A stretch of DNA of 64,000 bases from a bacterium (GCA_965209155.1 OZ242383.1:1760001-1824000); one strand, 5' to 3'; shown: positions 52,301 through 61,884, counted from the first letter of the stretch. A program made the numbers and translations. Notes: a model not told the origin generated them from the letters alone.

Positions 52301-52903
52301 CACGATGTGAACCCCTTGGCCCGTCAGAGAATTGAGATAGGCCGGGCAAGTCGAAGCCAGCGTTTTTCCTTCACCTGTTTGCATTTCAGCAATATTACCC
52401 TCATGCAGCGCGATGCCACCGATTAGCTGCACATCGTAATGACGTTCCCCCAACGTACGAACACTGGCTTCCCGCACCAGGGCAAATGCCTCCGGTAGGA
52501 TTTCATCGAGTACGGATTTAGCATCTCGTTGAACCTGTCGCCTTGCTGCATAGAGAATTTCTTCCGCTTCTTCCTCAATCACGCGCTTTTCGATTTCTGC
52601 AAGCAGTTCTTCCTGGGATTGAAATTCCTTGCCCTTCAAACTTTTAAGTTGCTTCCACACCGAATCCGATGAGAGTTCGGATTCCATACGGAACAAACTC
52701 CGCTCAGTAAGAGTGAAGCAAGTATTGGCCAGGACTTTTTCCTTGAATGCGGCTGTTTTTTGTGGAAATTCAGAGTCCTCCAGCCTTTGCATCTCAGCCT
52801 CAAATGCATTGATCTGTGCGACAATCTTGTTGTAACGCTTGAGTTTTTTTTCGTTTTCGTTGCCAAACAAACGAGTACTTTTAGTCAAAAGGGACTGTAA
52901 CAT
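49343..52903 (-). CDS. secA: Preprotein translocase SecA with large insertions
   Basis: MQTGEGKT, NDYLAKRD, DEVDSILID, GMTGTA, ATNMAGRGTD, QLRGRSGRQGD; no SEC-C motif. Confidence 0.96.
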   Translation of the reverse strand: MLQSLLTKSTRLFGNENEKKLKRYNKIVAQINAFEAEMQRLEDSEFPQKTAAFKEKVLANTCFTLTERSLFRMESELSSDSVWKQLKSLKGKEFQSQEELLAEIEKRVIEEEAEEILYAARRQVQRDAKSVLDEILPEAFALVREASVRTLGERHYDVQLIGGIALHEGNIAEMQTGEGKTLASTCPAYLNSLTGQGVHIVTPNDYLAKRDSEWMGQIYRFLGTTVGLIQHDFHPTQRQKSYQADITYGTNNEFGFDYLRDNMKMDLVDYVQRDFHYAIIDEVDSILIDESRTPLIISGATDDDIEKYRIVNKLIYDLQREIQKIEVPQLPDHEIHGIDPEWEYKEDRDIVREGDYTLDEKSRYVALTDRGAAKIEKRLAAFEHYQLTDQDIRRLESEINEDIVLQGLKSTANFDFKRQDGFLQTLSDKIANDGVGQSSLIPFKSRILQLAYKGMLLPTYRLSQESLEHLQANPELGPVMSELTNLKDLEYESEEAFFEALQSTLGAEKSNQCRSAIFAEIQVLKSLFDRVNTPVLHHINQALKAHLVFKKDVDYVVQNGQVVIVDDFTGRLMPGRRYSDGLHQALEAKEKVRVEMETQTLASITFQNYFRLYRKIAGMTGTAETEKDEFKKIYNLGVVVIPTHLPVIRNDKPDLIYKTQKSKFNAIVNQVQSLYERKQPVLVGTVSVETSELISRRLQQKGIEHRVLNAKYHAQEAEIIKNAGQSGSVTIATNMAGRGTDIKPASEVLELGGVFILGTERHDSRRIDNQLRGRSGRQGDPGESQFFLAMEDNLLRIFGGEKLAKWMDRFQIEEDMPIEHMFVSRAIANAQKKVESMHFSARKNLLEYDDVMERQRNIIYDRRRAILSDDIHHCFLDMCAETIEELMDQYCSDKFQDQWKREEFKQDFFHIFNSHLDESWEDPSLKREEIVHKLFEITEDCYQIKLDRFKEEFFNKYKEIELFEVAGIYLQIILHENARSVTAATWEFPHPQMKQLRAFFEMWLQRFDTYCRNKRLNSRVEAITPFLNEIPDDFRQHFFSGYLQFKQEIFETLVLMVQRQNLLNSNDERWKNHLLAMDHLREEVGLAGYAQKKPIDEYRRKAFALFDNLISDIARESTTQFFHRNKLPHPRYLFFHVDPQAPEAIYSHGDEPKVVNSPKPAIRKKVYVSNRERKKQRDKRNKAYSV

Positions 52904-53041
52904 GAATCTCTCTTTTCCAAATGGCTCGGGGGTTAGAAGTCGCATTACGATTTGTTCAGGACGCCGCCTTGTTAGGCGTCACGGTTAAAAAATTAAAAAC
53001 AGTTTAGCACGAAAAAAAGACAAGGCCAATTCATAGAGGTT

Positions 53042-53884
53042 CTAACGGGAAACGGGACGCTTGGGGTCGGTAATCCATTCACTCCAGGAACCAGCGTAGA
53101 GTTTCCCTTCCGCCAACCCTGCGTGCGCCATGGCCAACAGGTTGTGACATGCTGTCACGCCAGAGCCGCAATAACATATGGTTTTTTCAGGCTGCACCGG
53201 ACCGAGCAATGCATGAAAGCGTTTTTTCAAGACTTCAACGGGCAAGACCTTGCCATCAGGGCCGGCATTTTCCACGTAAGGCGCGCAAAGAGCGTGGGGA
53301 ATGTGTCCTGCCACGGGATCTATGGTTTCATTTTCCCCTCGAAAGCGATCTGCTGCGCGAGCGTCGAGCAACTTATAATCGGAATGCTCCAGGATTTGCA
53401 GGACTTCATCGCTGTTTATTTGCAAGTGAGAGCGCAATTGGGGCAAAAAAGACCGTGGGGCACGACGGTGAATTTCAAGAGAAACAGGACGGTTCTCGCT
53501 CTGCCATTGTTGCCATCCCCCATCCAAAACGGCAACCTGTTGATGACCAAGCCAACGCAGCATCCACCACAAACGCGCAGCAAAAGCGCCGATCGTATCA
53601 TCGTAGGCTACAACCTGGACCTTGTCATCGATTCCCCAGCGTGAGCAGGTTCGCGCAAAATAGTGAGGGTCCGGTAAAGGATGCCGCCCTGTTTTTTGTG
53701 GAACTGCTGGTGCCGATAAGTCTTCACTGAGATGGGCATAGAGGGCATGCGGGATGTGTCCTTTGTGGTAGTCTCGCCGTCCCCGTTCGGTGTCATCGAG
53801 CGCGTAACGGCAATCTATCACCATCCAGTTCGGATCTTCGAGATGGGATACCAGCTCTGTTGTCGAAATAAAGGTGGTGCGCAT
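53042..53884 (-). CDS. Tandem-rhodanese sulfurtransferase (SseA/MST-like)
   Basis: GHIPHA twice, GRHPLP, active site CGSGVTAC, YAGSWSEW. Confidence 0.93.
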   Translation of the reverse strand: MRTTFISTTELVSHLEDPNWMVIDCRYALDDTERGRRDYHKGHIPHALYAHLSEDLSAPAVPQKTGRHPLPDPHYFARTCSRWGIDDKVQVVAYDDTIGAFAARLWWMLRWLGHQQVAVLDGGWQQWQSENRPVSLEIHRRAPRSFLPQLRSHLQINSDEVLQILEHSDYKLLDARAADRFRGENETIDPVAGHIPHALCAPYVENAGPDGKVLPVEVLKKRFHALLGPVQPEKTICYCGSGVTACHNLLAMAHAGLAEGKLYAGSWSEWITDPKRPVSR

Positions 53885-53999
53885 GCCTTTCCTCCTTTCA
53901 GTACGATTTTTTCGAGTGTTTAATTGATTTAACCTGAGTTCGAGATAAGAACTTAATAAATTTAATATGTTATGGAATTTTCATATCTCAGAGAATCCT

Positions 54000-54097
54000 T
54001 GTCATTCCTGCGAAAGCAGGAATCCAGAGTTATGCAATTGGGCAGAAATCCGGATCTCCGCTCCCTACTTTCGCAGGGACAAGTTTAGCGAGGATGA
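54000..54097. repeat. Degenerate palindromic element (gtcattcctgcgaaagcaggaatcca family)
   Basis: Hairpin cctgcgaaagcagg with a decayed partner arm; related to the 41556 element. Confidence 0.55.
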
Positions 54098-54257
54098 TTT
54101 TTTCTTTCTTTTCAACTTTGTTGAGGAGAAAAGAGATTGCATAATTTGCGAACCCTGGAGTTTTTTGTCGTCACAAGCAGTGTGCTGATTATGGCAACTC
54201 CCGAAAGATCAGGAGACAACCAATATCACTAAATTCAGTAAAAAAAAAGCGGGATGT

Positions 54258-54372
54258 CAGTGGCGGCAGCCACGGCGCGGTTTCCATGAAGTTACGGCCT
54301 TCCCTGCTGAGCATCCCGCCCAGCTGGGCATACTCGCCGGTAGACCAAAACCCAGGAAGCTCAGGGAGGCTA
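54258..54372 (-). pseudogene. DppC-like permease fragment
   Basis: Manual translation ASLSFLGFGLPASMPSW / GMLSREGRNFMETAPWL (1-bp shift). Confidence 0.75.
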
Positions 54373-54401
54373 TTGACACAACTGTGGAATTTCCCTAGTA
54401 T
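54373..54401 (+). promoter_or_regulatory. Sigma70-type promoter, probably producing a leaderless brnT mRNA
   Basis: TTGACA-17 nt-TAGTAT, ATGs at 54406/54409, no RBS. Confidence 0.65.
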
Positions 54402-54405
54402 TTAA

Positions 54406-54690
54406 ATGATGGAATTTGAATGGGATGAAAACAAAAATCAAATGAACATTGAGGACCACGGAATTTCCTTTGAAGAGGCAAAACCTGTTTTTGTTGATGA
54501 TTACAGTTTGGATTTTGAAGATACTTCAGCATCAGAAGAACGTTACAATAAAATTGGGATGGCCTATGGGCTGATACTTTTTGTGGTTTATACGATTAGA
54601 GAGGCTGAGGGGATTTTTAAAATTCGTATCATTTCTGCAAGAAAGGCAAATAACTATGAAAAAAGAAGTTATCTCCGAAATTATAGCTAA
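54406..54690 (+). CDS. BrnT-family toxin
   Basis: FEWDENKN..N..HGISFEEA..VF.D, EERY..IG, IRIISARKA. Confidence 0.9.
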   Translation: MMEFEWDENKNQMNIEDHGISFEEAKPVFVDDYSLDFEDTSASEERYNKIGMAYGLILFVVYTIREAEGIFKIRIISARKANNYEKRSYLRNYS

Positions 54691-55015
54691 TGGGGTACGG
54701 AATCGCCCTGAAGATCGCCAAACGGATTGGAATCGCCTGGATAATATGAGTGATGAAGAATCGAATCAAAACGCTTTAAAGGATCCTGATGCTCAGCCAT
54801 TATCAGAAGATGCTCAACCTATTGTGAACGTCAAATTGATCCGAGCCAAACTCGGCATGACTCAAGAAGAGTTTGCAAAAACATTTCAACTTTCTTTGGC
54901 GACTATAAGAGATTGGGAGCAGAGGAGGTCCCGACCGGATCAGGCTGCAAAAACATTATTAAGAGTAATTGAACGAAATCCAAAAGCAGTAGAATACGCT
55001 TTAAAAATCGCATAA
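54656..55015 (+). CDS. XRE-type HTH antitoxin with BrnA-like N-terminus
   Basis: TDWNRLDNMSDEE..DPDAQP then IRAKLGMTQEEFA..TIRDWEQRR.RP; overlaps the toxin. Confidence 0.82.
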   Translation: MKKEVISEIIANGVRNRPEDRQTDWNRLDNMSDEESNQNALKDPDAQPLSEDAQPIVNVKLIRAKLGMTQEEFAKTFQLSLATIRDWEQRRSRPDQAAKTLLRVIERNPKAVEYALKIA

Positions 55016-55023
55016 AATGCAGA

Positions 55024-55200
55024 ATCGGGTAGGTAGAGGTTTTTCTCCGCCACCCTGCCACCCCACCCTGCATGCGGGACCGCATAGGGCGGTTTTTGGC
55101 TTGAAGCGGACATTGATCCATAGCTGTTATTCGGGTACACGACCCATTCAATCAGATCAATGTTTAATGCCGGTCCTCTGTCCCATCGCCTAAACACTGC
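55024..55200 (-). mobile_element. Group II intron (class C-like) 3' remnant: domains V/VI and decayed IEP tail
   Basis: Minus strand aaccgccctatgcggtcccgcatgcagggtggggtggcaggg...cctacccgat. Confidence 0.7.
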
Positions 55201-55221
55201 TCCCCCGTCGGGTTCAATACG

Positions 55222-56193
55222 TTACCATTTGAAAGGATTGATCAGTTGGGAGAGGAAGCCTCGTTTGCGTTTCATCCTCGTGGCGCCGTAACTGCCCTGA
55301 CCGCCCCGCAGCCTCGGATCGAGCAGGTCCCTGAGGGCGTCGCCGAACATGTTGAGGGAGTAAACGACAATCGTCAAGCAAAGCCCAGGCCAGAGCGCCA
55401 GCCGTGGCGCCATCTCCATGTAGAGACGTCCTTCCCGGCTGAGCATCCCGCCCCAGCTGGGAAACTCGACGGGCAGACCGAATCCCAGGAAGCTCAGAGA
55501 AGCCTCAGCCATAATCACCCCCCCGATGTTGATCGAGAAGACAATGATGATCGGTGCCATGATATTGGGCAGGACATGGCGGATCAGGATTTGGCTTGTC
55601 GAGGTGCCCACCGCCCGGGCGGCCAGAAAATAGTCATTCTCTTTGATGCCAATCACCGCGCCTCGCATGATTCGGGAACCGCCGATGCCGCCGGCGACTC
55701 CCAGCACGACGATGATCTGGAGAAGACCCTGGCCGACGATGGACATGATGGTCAACAACAACAACAGCCCCGGAAAGGCCATCCAGGCATCGACAAAACG
55801 CTGCACTGCCAGGTCCACTTTCCCCCCCAGAAATCCGGAAATTCCGCCGATCAGGATAGCGACCACCACATTAATGCTCGTCGCTGCCAGACCGACCGCT
55901 AAGGAAAGACGAGCCCCATAGATCAGGCGGCTCAACAAATCTCGCCCCGCGAAGTCGGTACCCAGCAGATACCGGGCTGATGGGCCCTGCATCCTCTCTA
56001 TCAGGTTTATTTTCATATAAGGATAAGGAGCCAGCGCCTCGGCGAAGATCGCCACCAGAATTAGGAGCAATAGGATTATCCCGCAGGCCGTCCCCAGAGG
56101 CTTCTCCCTGAGAAGCCTGATAAAGAATGCAGCCAGCCGTCCCCGTCGCTTGGGCTCGATGATTTTGGTTGGTCTCTCTGTGGTGTTGCTCAT
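55222..56193 (-). CDS. ABC transporter permease, DppC-like
   Basis: LLGTDFAGRDLLSRLIYGARLS, EASLSFLGFG, GDALRDLLDPR. Confidence 0.93.
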   Translation of the reverse strand: MSNTTERPTKIIEPKRRGRLAAFFIRLLREKPLGTACGIILLLLILVAIFAEALAPYPYMKINLIERMQGPSARYLLGTDFAGRDLLSRLIYGARLSLAVGLAATSINVVVAILIGGISGFLGGKVDLAVQRFVDAWMAFPGLLLLLTIMSIVGQGLLQIIVVLGVAGGIGGSRIMRGAVIGIKENDYFLAARAVGTSTSQILIRHVLPNIMAPIIIVFSINIGGVIMAEASLSFLGFGLPVEFPSWGGMLSREGRLYMEMAPRLALWPGLCLTIVVYSLNMFGDALRDLLDPRLRGGQGSYGATRMKRKRGFLSQLINPFKW

Positions 56194-56210
56194 GATCCCG
56201 ATTTCTCTAT

Positions 56211-56284
56211 CGGTAGGGCCGGGTGACGTCCCGGCCTGAAAAACGCACCGCTCCCCTTGGCCGGGACGTGACCCGCCCCTACCG
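56211..56284. repeat. GTAG-type REP doublet (inverted pair)
   Basis: cggtagggccgggtgacgtcccggcc ... ggccgggacgtgacccgcccctaccg. Confidence 0.75.
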
Positions 56285-56331
56285 TTTTCTTGTCTGTTAA
56301 ACCCAACTCCTCATACCTTCCGCGCCAGCGA

Positions 56332-57345
56332 CTATTCATACCGCACCCTCGGGTCCAAATAGGGATAAATCAGGTCGATCAGGAGATTGCTTCCCATCAC
56401 GACGACGCCGAAAAACAGGTTGATTCCGGAGATCACCGGGTAGTCTCTGTCATTGAGGGCATCCACCATGAGACGACCGAGCCCCGGCAGCATAAAGACG
56501 TTCTCCATGATAACCGCGCCCCCGACCACGATCGGCAACTGCATGCCGATCAGGGAGACCACCGGGATGAGGGCATTTTTGATGGTGTGCCGGATAATCA
56601 CGACCCGCTCCTTGAGCCCCTTGGACCAGGCGGTGCGGATATAGTCCTGCCTGAGCACCTCCAGCATCATGGTGCGCGTCAGCCGCATGGTCTCGCAAGA
56701 AGCAGCCGTCCCCAGAATCAGGCTGGGAATGAGGAGCATGCCGAGATTCCCCAGCGGGTCTTCGCTGAAAGGCACCCACTCCATCGGGGGCGACCATCTC
56801 CACCAGATGGCCGGGTAGATCATGACGAGAAGGGCCAGCCAGAAGTTCGGCGTGGCCAGGCCGATGATGGCGATGGAGCGCCCCAGGTAGTCCGCGGCCG
56901 TATCCTGGCGAATCGCCGAGTAGATGCCCACCGGCAGGGCGATCACCAGCCCGATTAAGATGGCCATGACCCCCAGCTCAATGGTGACCGGCAATCTCTC
57001 CATGATCTTCTCCTCTACCGTCCAAAGGCCGCCCATCAGTGAGTCGCCCAGGGTGCCCTGGAGGAGCCCTTTCAAGTGGGACTCCCCGCTAACCCAGTCA
57101 GGGGTCGGCAACACTCCTATCCAGCGTCCATACTGCACCCAGACCGGCACGTCCAGTCCCAGCAAACGCTCCAGAGCTTCACGGTCAATCTTGCCACCAA
57201 ATCCCGAATCCGGGCCTAAATTTCTGGCCACCATCAGGTCTATCACATCGCCCGGGATGAAGCGCACCGAGAGGAAGACCAAGATGGTCAAGATAAACAG
57301 GGTGGGAATGATCAGCAATAATCTCCTGATGAGATAGGCTCTCAT
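56332..57345 (-). CDS. ABC transporter permease, DppB-like
   Basis: YLIRRLL, DYIRTAWSKGL, DPRVRY. Confidence 0.93.
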   Translation of the reverse strand: MRAYLIRRLLLIIPTLFILTILVFLSVRFIPGDVIDLMVARNLGPDSGFGGKIDREALERLLGLDVPVWVQYGRWIGVLPTPDWVSGESHLKGLLQGTLGDSLMGGLWTVEEKIMERLPVTIELGVMAILIGLVIALPVGIYSAIRQDTAADYLGRSIAIIGLATPNFWLALLVMIYPAIWWRWSPPMEWVPFSEDPLGNLGMLLIPSLILGTAASCETMRLTRTMMLEVLRQDYIRTAWSKGLKERVVIIRHTIKNALIPVVSLIGMQLPIVVGGAVIMENVFMLPGLGRLMVDALNDRDYPVISGINLFFGVVVMGSNLLIDLIYPYLDPRVRYE

Positions 57346-57553
57346 GTGACACACCTTATTTCACTTTTCCCCGTCATTGCCAACCCTCTTTTGTCATTGC
57401 AGGACATATCCCAACCCCGTATCAGGTGCGGAGCAGGCTCCCGTCATTCCGCCGAAAAGCCTGCCCCGTTACATGCCAAGAATTCCTCCCACCCGGATTG
57501 CGGATGGGAGAGGGGGTGGCTCATGCTGATTTGGGCTCGGATCCAGTGACCGA

Positions 57554-59461
57554 CTAGAATCCCATTTCTTCCTTCAGATCCTGGTCAATCCAAAGGTGGA
57601 TGAGGACCCAATGTAATGCCCCAAATCCCATGCCCCACTCACCGCTAAAACCTTTGACCCACGGCTGGTTCAGGTTATATACTGGAGCCATAGGAGTCCA
57701 TATCAGATTGTGCTGCTTTATTAAGAGCATATCAAAATCTTTAAGTGGCTTCTTCTGCTCCTCCTCGGTGATAGCGGCGAAAAAGGCATCAGCGGCGGCG
57801 TTCAGCTCAGGGGTCTCGATTCCGGATATAAATTCGCGTTGAAATGAGCCTTCATTGCGATACCATTCTACCCCAAATGTTGGGGAGTGAAGAAAGCCCG
57901 AGCTGCCGGAGCCCATTTCATAATCATGATCTCCTAGAAGACCGACCCAAGTGGCCGTGTCATGTTTCTGAATCGTTACCTTAACGCCAATCTCTGCCCA
58001 GTAGCCGGCAGCTATTTCTGCATAGCCCAAATCATAGTTGGGGTAGCGGTGGTCATGGGTGACCTTGAATCGAACGCCATCCGCACCGCGCGGATATCCC
58101 GCCTCATCCAGGAGCTTCTCAGCCCCTTCCGGGTCATACCGATAGTATTGCTTGACCTCTTCGGGATAGTCTTCGAATTTGGTTTGCAACTCCGGGAAGA
58201 CATACCCAATCGTCCCCATGGGTTCCCACTTTGCGAGACCGCCAAAGTAGGTCTTGTTAATCGTCTCGAGGTCGATTGCCATCTGCATGGCGTGGCGCAC
58301 CCTGACGTCGTCAAAGGGCGGCTTGCGCATGTTCAGAAGAAAAGTCCCGAGCGCGCTTGAGAAACCAGTGGTCACCTGGACTTCGGGGTTGGTCCGCTGG
58401 AGGCTCGTTACTAAGTCGCGGTTTACCAGAGTAGTGCCACCGCCGGCGGCATGTACTATATCAACCTTACCCGTGCGTAGTGCCGATACACGTGCTGCTT
58501 CTTCCGGCATATACAGGGCCCTTAACTGGTCAATATAGGGCAGGCGGTTCTCGGGGTATTTTGGGTCGTAGCCCCAGTAGTCAGGATTCTTGACATAGGT
58601 TTTAGAGACGTCTTCGACATAGTCAGTCAGCATCAGGGGTCCGGTGCCGACCACGTTCCGCCAATCCGCATAGTTGCCGTGTTGCTCGATTACCTCGGGG
58701 GGTAATATCCAAACCAGTGCCTCGCTGAGGATAGTCCTCAGCGCACCGAGCACTGGTTCCTTCAGCTTGAAAACAACCGTATATTTGCCGGTGGCCTCTA
58801 TCGATTCCCAGGGCAGGTTGCTCAATCTGGGAGTTTGCTGGGGACGTTCGGTGAAGTCGCCCAGAACCAACATACGCTGATAGGTATAGGCGACATCATC
58901 GGCAGTCAGCTCGCGCCCGGATACCGGTGGCTTATCATGCCAGTGAACGCCCTTGCGGATATGGAAGATGAACGTGGTTGGGTCGGGGGTAAACCACCGT
59001 TCCGCCAGCATCCCTGTCAGGGCAGGTCCTCTAAAGTGGAACCCGGATGAAAATTCCCATACGTCCCTATCTATTCCCCAGTCCGCCCAGGCGAGCTGCT
59101 CATTAACGCCATTAATGATGAACTGCACATAGGGGCCAGTAATAAAGGGGTCCGTAGTATCGCCCTTTGATATGTAGGGATAGGTGATTGTTCCGCCGTA
59201 CTCAGGTGCCGTCACCATTTTACCAGTGGTGGGATCTGTGACCATCTTTTTCTCAGCCCCGATGGCCGGACTGACCCAAAAGGCAGCCACCATCAGGGTG
59301 AGGAGGGACAGCAGGATTGCACTGAAGGTTGATTTGCTTTTTTGATTTTCCATCTTTTTCCTTTCTGCTTTTTGATTAAAAACAAGATTTAGGATTGCTT
59401 TAAAACCTGCTTTCGTTCCCGAAAGCACATTCTCGACGATACTTCTAATTATTGTTTTCAT
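57554..59461 (-). CDS. ABC transporter substrate-binding protein, DppA/OppA family (alternative start 59353)
   Basis: PEYGGT, IRKGVHWHD..ELTADDV, VGTGP, PFDDVRVRHAM, YDPEGAEKLLDEAG. Confidence 0.92.
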   Translation of the reverse strand: MKTIIRSIVENVLSGTKAGFKAILNLVFNQKAERKKMENQKSKSTFSAILLSLLTLMVAAFWVSPAIGAEKKMVTDPTTGKMVTAPEYGGTITYPYISKGDTTDPFITGPYVQFIINGVNEQLAWADWGIDRDVWEFSSGFHFRGPALTGMLAERWFTPDPTTFIFHIRKGVHWHDKPPVSGRELTADDVAYTYQRMLVLGDFTERPQQTPRLSNLPWESIEATGKYTVVFKLKEPVLGALRTILSEALVWILPPEVIEQHGNYADWRNVVGTGPLMLTDYVEDVSKTYVKNPDYWGYDPKYPENRLPYIDQLRALYMPEEAARVSALRTGKVDIVHAAGGGTTLVNRDLVTSLQRTNPEVQVTTGFSSALGTFLLNMRKPPFDDVRVRHAMQMAIDLETINKTYFGGLAKWEPMGTIGYVFPELQTKFEDYPEEVKQYYRYDPEGAEKLLDEAGYPRGADGVRFKVTHDHRYPNYDLGYAEIAAGYWAEIGVKVTIQKHDTATWVGLLGDHDYEMGSGSSGFLHSPTFGVEWYRNEGSFQREFISGIETPELNAAADAFFAAITEEEQKKPLKDFDMLLIKQHNLIWTPMAPVYNLNQPWVKGFSGEWGMGFGALHWVLIHLWIDQDLKEEMGF

Positions 59462-59693
59462 TTTTACCTCTAATATAAATAGTTAAAAAAGCAATATTCA
59501 CCATGAATATTACACTATCAAAAAATCCGATTCATTGGCTCCAGGATTGGGGCATGAACCTTGAGCTTTCAATGCTCTTGAGGCATTTCCATTGGCTGAA
59601 ATGAATGAGGGGTAACTTAGGGATCTCTCCCTGAGGTCGAGATGAGATAAGGGGGGACAACCCAATGAACTGGGGACTTGGGATTTAGAATGT

Positions 59694-59789
59694 GGGTGCC
59701 GGGTGCCGGGTGCCGGGTGCCGGGTGCCGGGTGCCGGGTGCCGGGTGCCGGGTGCCGGGTGCCGGGTGCCGGGTGCCGGGTGCCGGGTG
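59694..59789. repeat. Heptamer tandem repeat (GGGTGCC)13 plus a partial copy
   Basis: Counted directly; preceded by degenerate heptamers from ~59671. Confidence 0.97.
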
Positions 59790-60828
59790 ATTGAATGATA
59801 CTCTCATATTAACCTTATTGTCAAGAATTTTTATACTTGAAACGGGTTAATTTCAGACTTTCATGTCATCCTGATTGATAGCTGACAGCGAAAAGCCAAT
59901 TCGCGACAGCGACTCTTTAAGGAAAATATTTTATATCCAGAAAAAAATCAACATTTTTTTTAAGACAGATCCGATTTAGTCATTTAAGGCAAATTTTTCT
60001 CATATCCAGAAATAGTATAATCGCTCTGCAAATGTATCAAGATTTTTTTGAATAGGGCGACTCATTCATGAAAGTCTTCTGATGATCAACGAAAATACTT
60101 TTTCATATTGAGATACGGAAGTCAATATTTTTGGCACTTTTTCATTCCCCGTTGACCGTTTCTAAAAATCCTCTGGTGAGGAGATGAGGTTTGACTAGAC
60201 TTTCGGTTCAATAATAGGAGCGAAATTGAAGTAAAACCTTCAGCCCAAGGAGTATTCGTTGAAAATTATCACAATAAGCAGACGAAATATCAGCTTAATA
60301 GAGTGCTAATTATTTGTCAACCGTATTTTTTCAATCGCTGGGAAGCGATTGTTTGCACTCTATTGAAATGAGTGTTAACATGAAACAATCATTGATCCAG
60401 CCCGCATGATAGCGATCCGTTGAATCCCCAGAAATGAACAGAAAAAGAGGCATCTAAAGCGTCAATATCACGGAAAAAGTCCACTTATTGCTCTGTTGAG
60501 CCCAACAAAACCTCTCGCTAACCTGGCCCTCCTCCCTCCTATTCCTGAAGTGAAAATGCAATGCTTGATCATGATTCACCACCCTTATCAAATGAAGGAA
60601 TCCCTGGCAAATAATTAGTAACTGTCCCCGGATTTTAAATAAGTTTGCACTATCTTGGCTCAAAGGGAATATTGGTATCAGATGTTCCACGAAGGATTTT
60701 TCCAAACAAAATCGAGAAAATGACTTTGAGACAAAGGGAAAACAAATAAGGCTCGCTGTTGTCCAAACGCTTTGATATACTGATTGAAAACAAGGGCTTT
60801 CCTGCTCCCTTCTTTGAGGAGTATCCTG

Positions 60829-61656
60829 GTGAAACATCGCATTTCACCGACAGTCGATTGTGTCTACAAGGCCATTTCGGGGGCAGAGGAAAATGAGAAC
60901 TTACTGATTGATTTCCTCAACGGTGTCCTGGCACCCCAGTTTCCCATCTCGGATGTTTAAATCCTCAACCCCTACAATGAACGCGAGTTTTATTCGGACA
61001 AGTTGACGATTGTCGATGTGAAAGCCAAAGATGAAAAAGGGACGGCCTATCAGATAGAAATTCAATTGGCGGTTTTTTCCTATTTGCCGGAGAGGATGCT
61101 CTATACGTGTAGTGATATCTATCAGTCCCAGTTACAAAGCGGGGAGCCATTCTCAGAATTACGTCCGGTGATCTCCATTTGGATGTTGACTGAAAATTTG
61201 TTTTCCAAAAGTCCTGCCTTTCATCATCACTTTCAAATGTTTGATCAGAAAAACCAAAAACGGTTATCGGAGCATTGCTCAGTCCATGTTTTGGAATTGG
61301 AAAAATGGCGGTATTCCGAGACCTTGAAAACAGAAGATCAATGGTTATATTTTTTTAAAGAAGCCGAGCACTGGCAGGAATTACCCGAAATCATCAACAA
61401 CCCTAAAATGAGGCAAGCTATGGCAGTCCTGGAGCGATTTTCAGAAAAAGAAAGAGATTATCACCTCTATCAAGCCCGTCAAAATGCCATCCGTGAGGAA
61501 CAAACCCGGCAAAAGCTTTTAGAAGAGACCCTGCGAGACAAGGAAGAGGCGATGCGGAGGAAGGAAGGAGCGGTGCGAGACAAGGAAGAGGCGGAAGCTA
61601 AGGAAAAACGTCTCAGAGAAATCTTGAAAAAAACAGGAATTGATCCGGATGTATAA
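60829..61656 (+). pseudogene. Rpn-family (PD-(D/E)XK nuclease/putative transposase) with a premature stop
   Basis: RBS gagga, GTG-KHRISPTVDCVYKAI..LLIDFLN; in-frame TAA at 60958-60960; then DVKA..YQIEIQ, RMLY, LELEK. Confidence 0.85.
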
Positions 61657-61741
61657 GCTTTTTTTCCTCAATTTCTCATGATAGCCATGCATGTAACAAT
61701 GCGAGCAGTTAATGAAAGATTGCTTTAATTTGGCGTCGATA

Positions 61742-61884
61742 CTCAAAATTCTTAAAAAGTTTGAAACGATCCAAAAAGATCAAATCTGCATTTCTATCGT
61801 GACTTATGTGGAACTTCAATTTGGGGTGGAGAAAACCTCATCAAAAAAATCAAACAAGAGGTCATTGGAGCTTTTGTAGATCGC
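61742..61884 (+). pseudogene. VapC/PIN toxin internal fragment
   Basis: Manual translation KKFETIQKDQICISIVTYVELQFGVEK. Confidence 0.6.
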
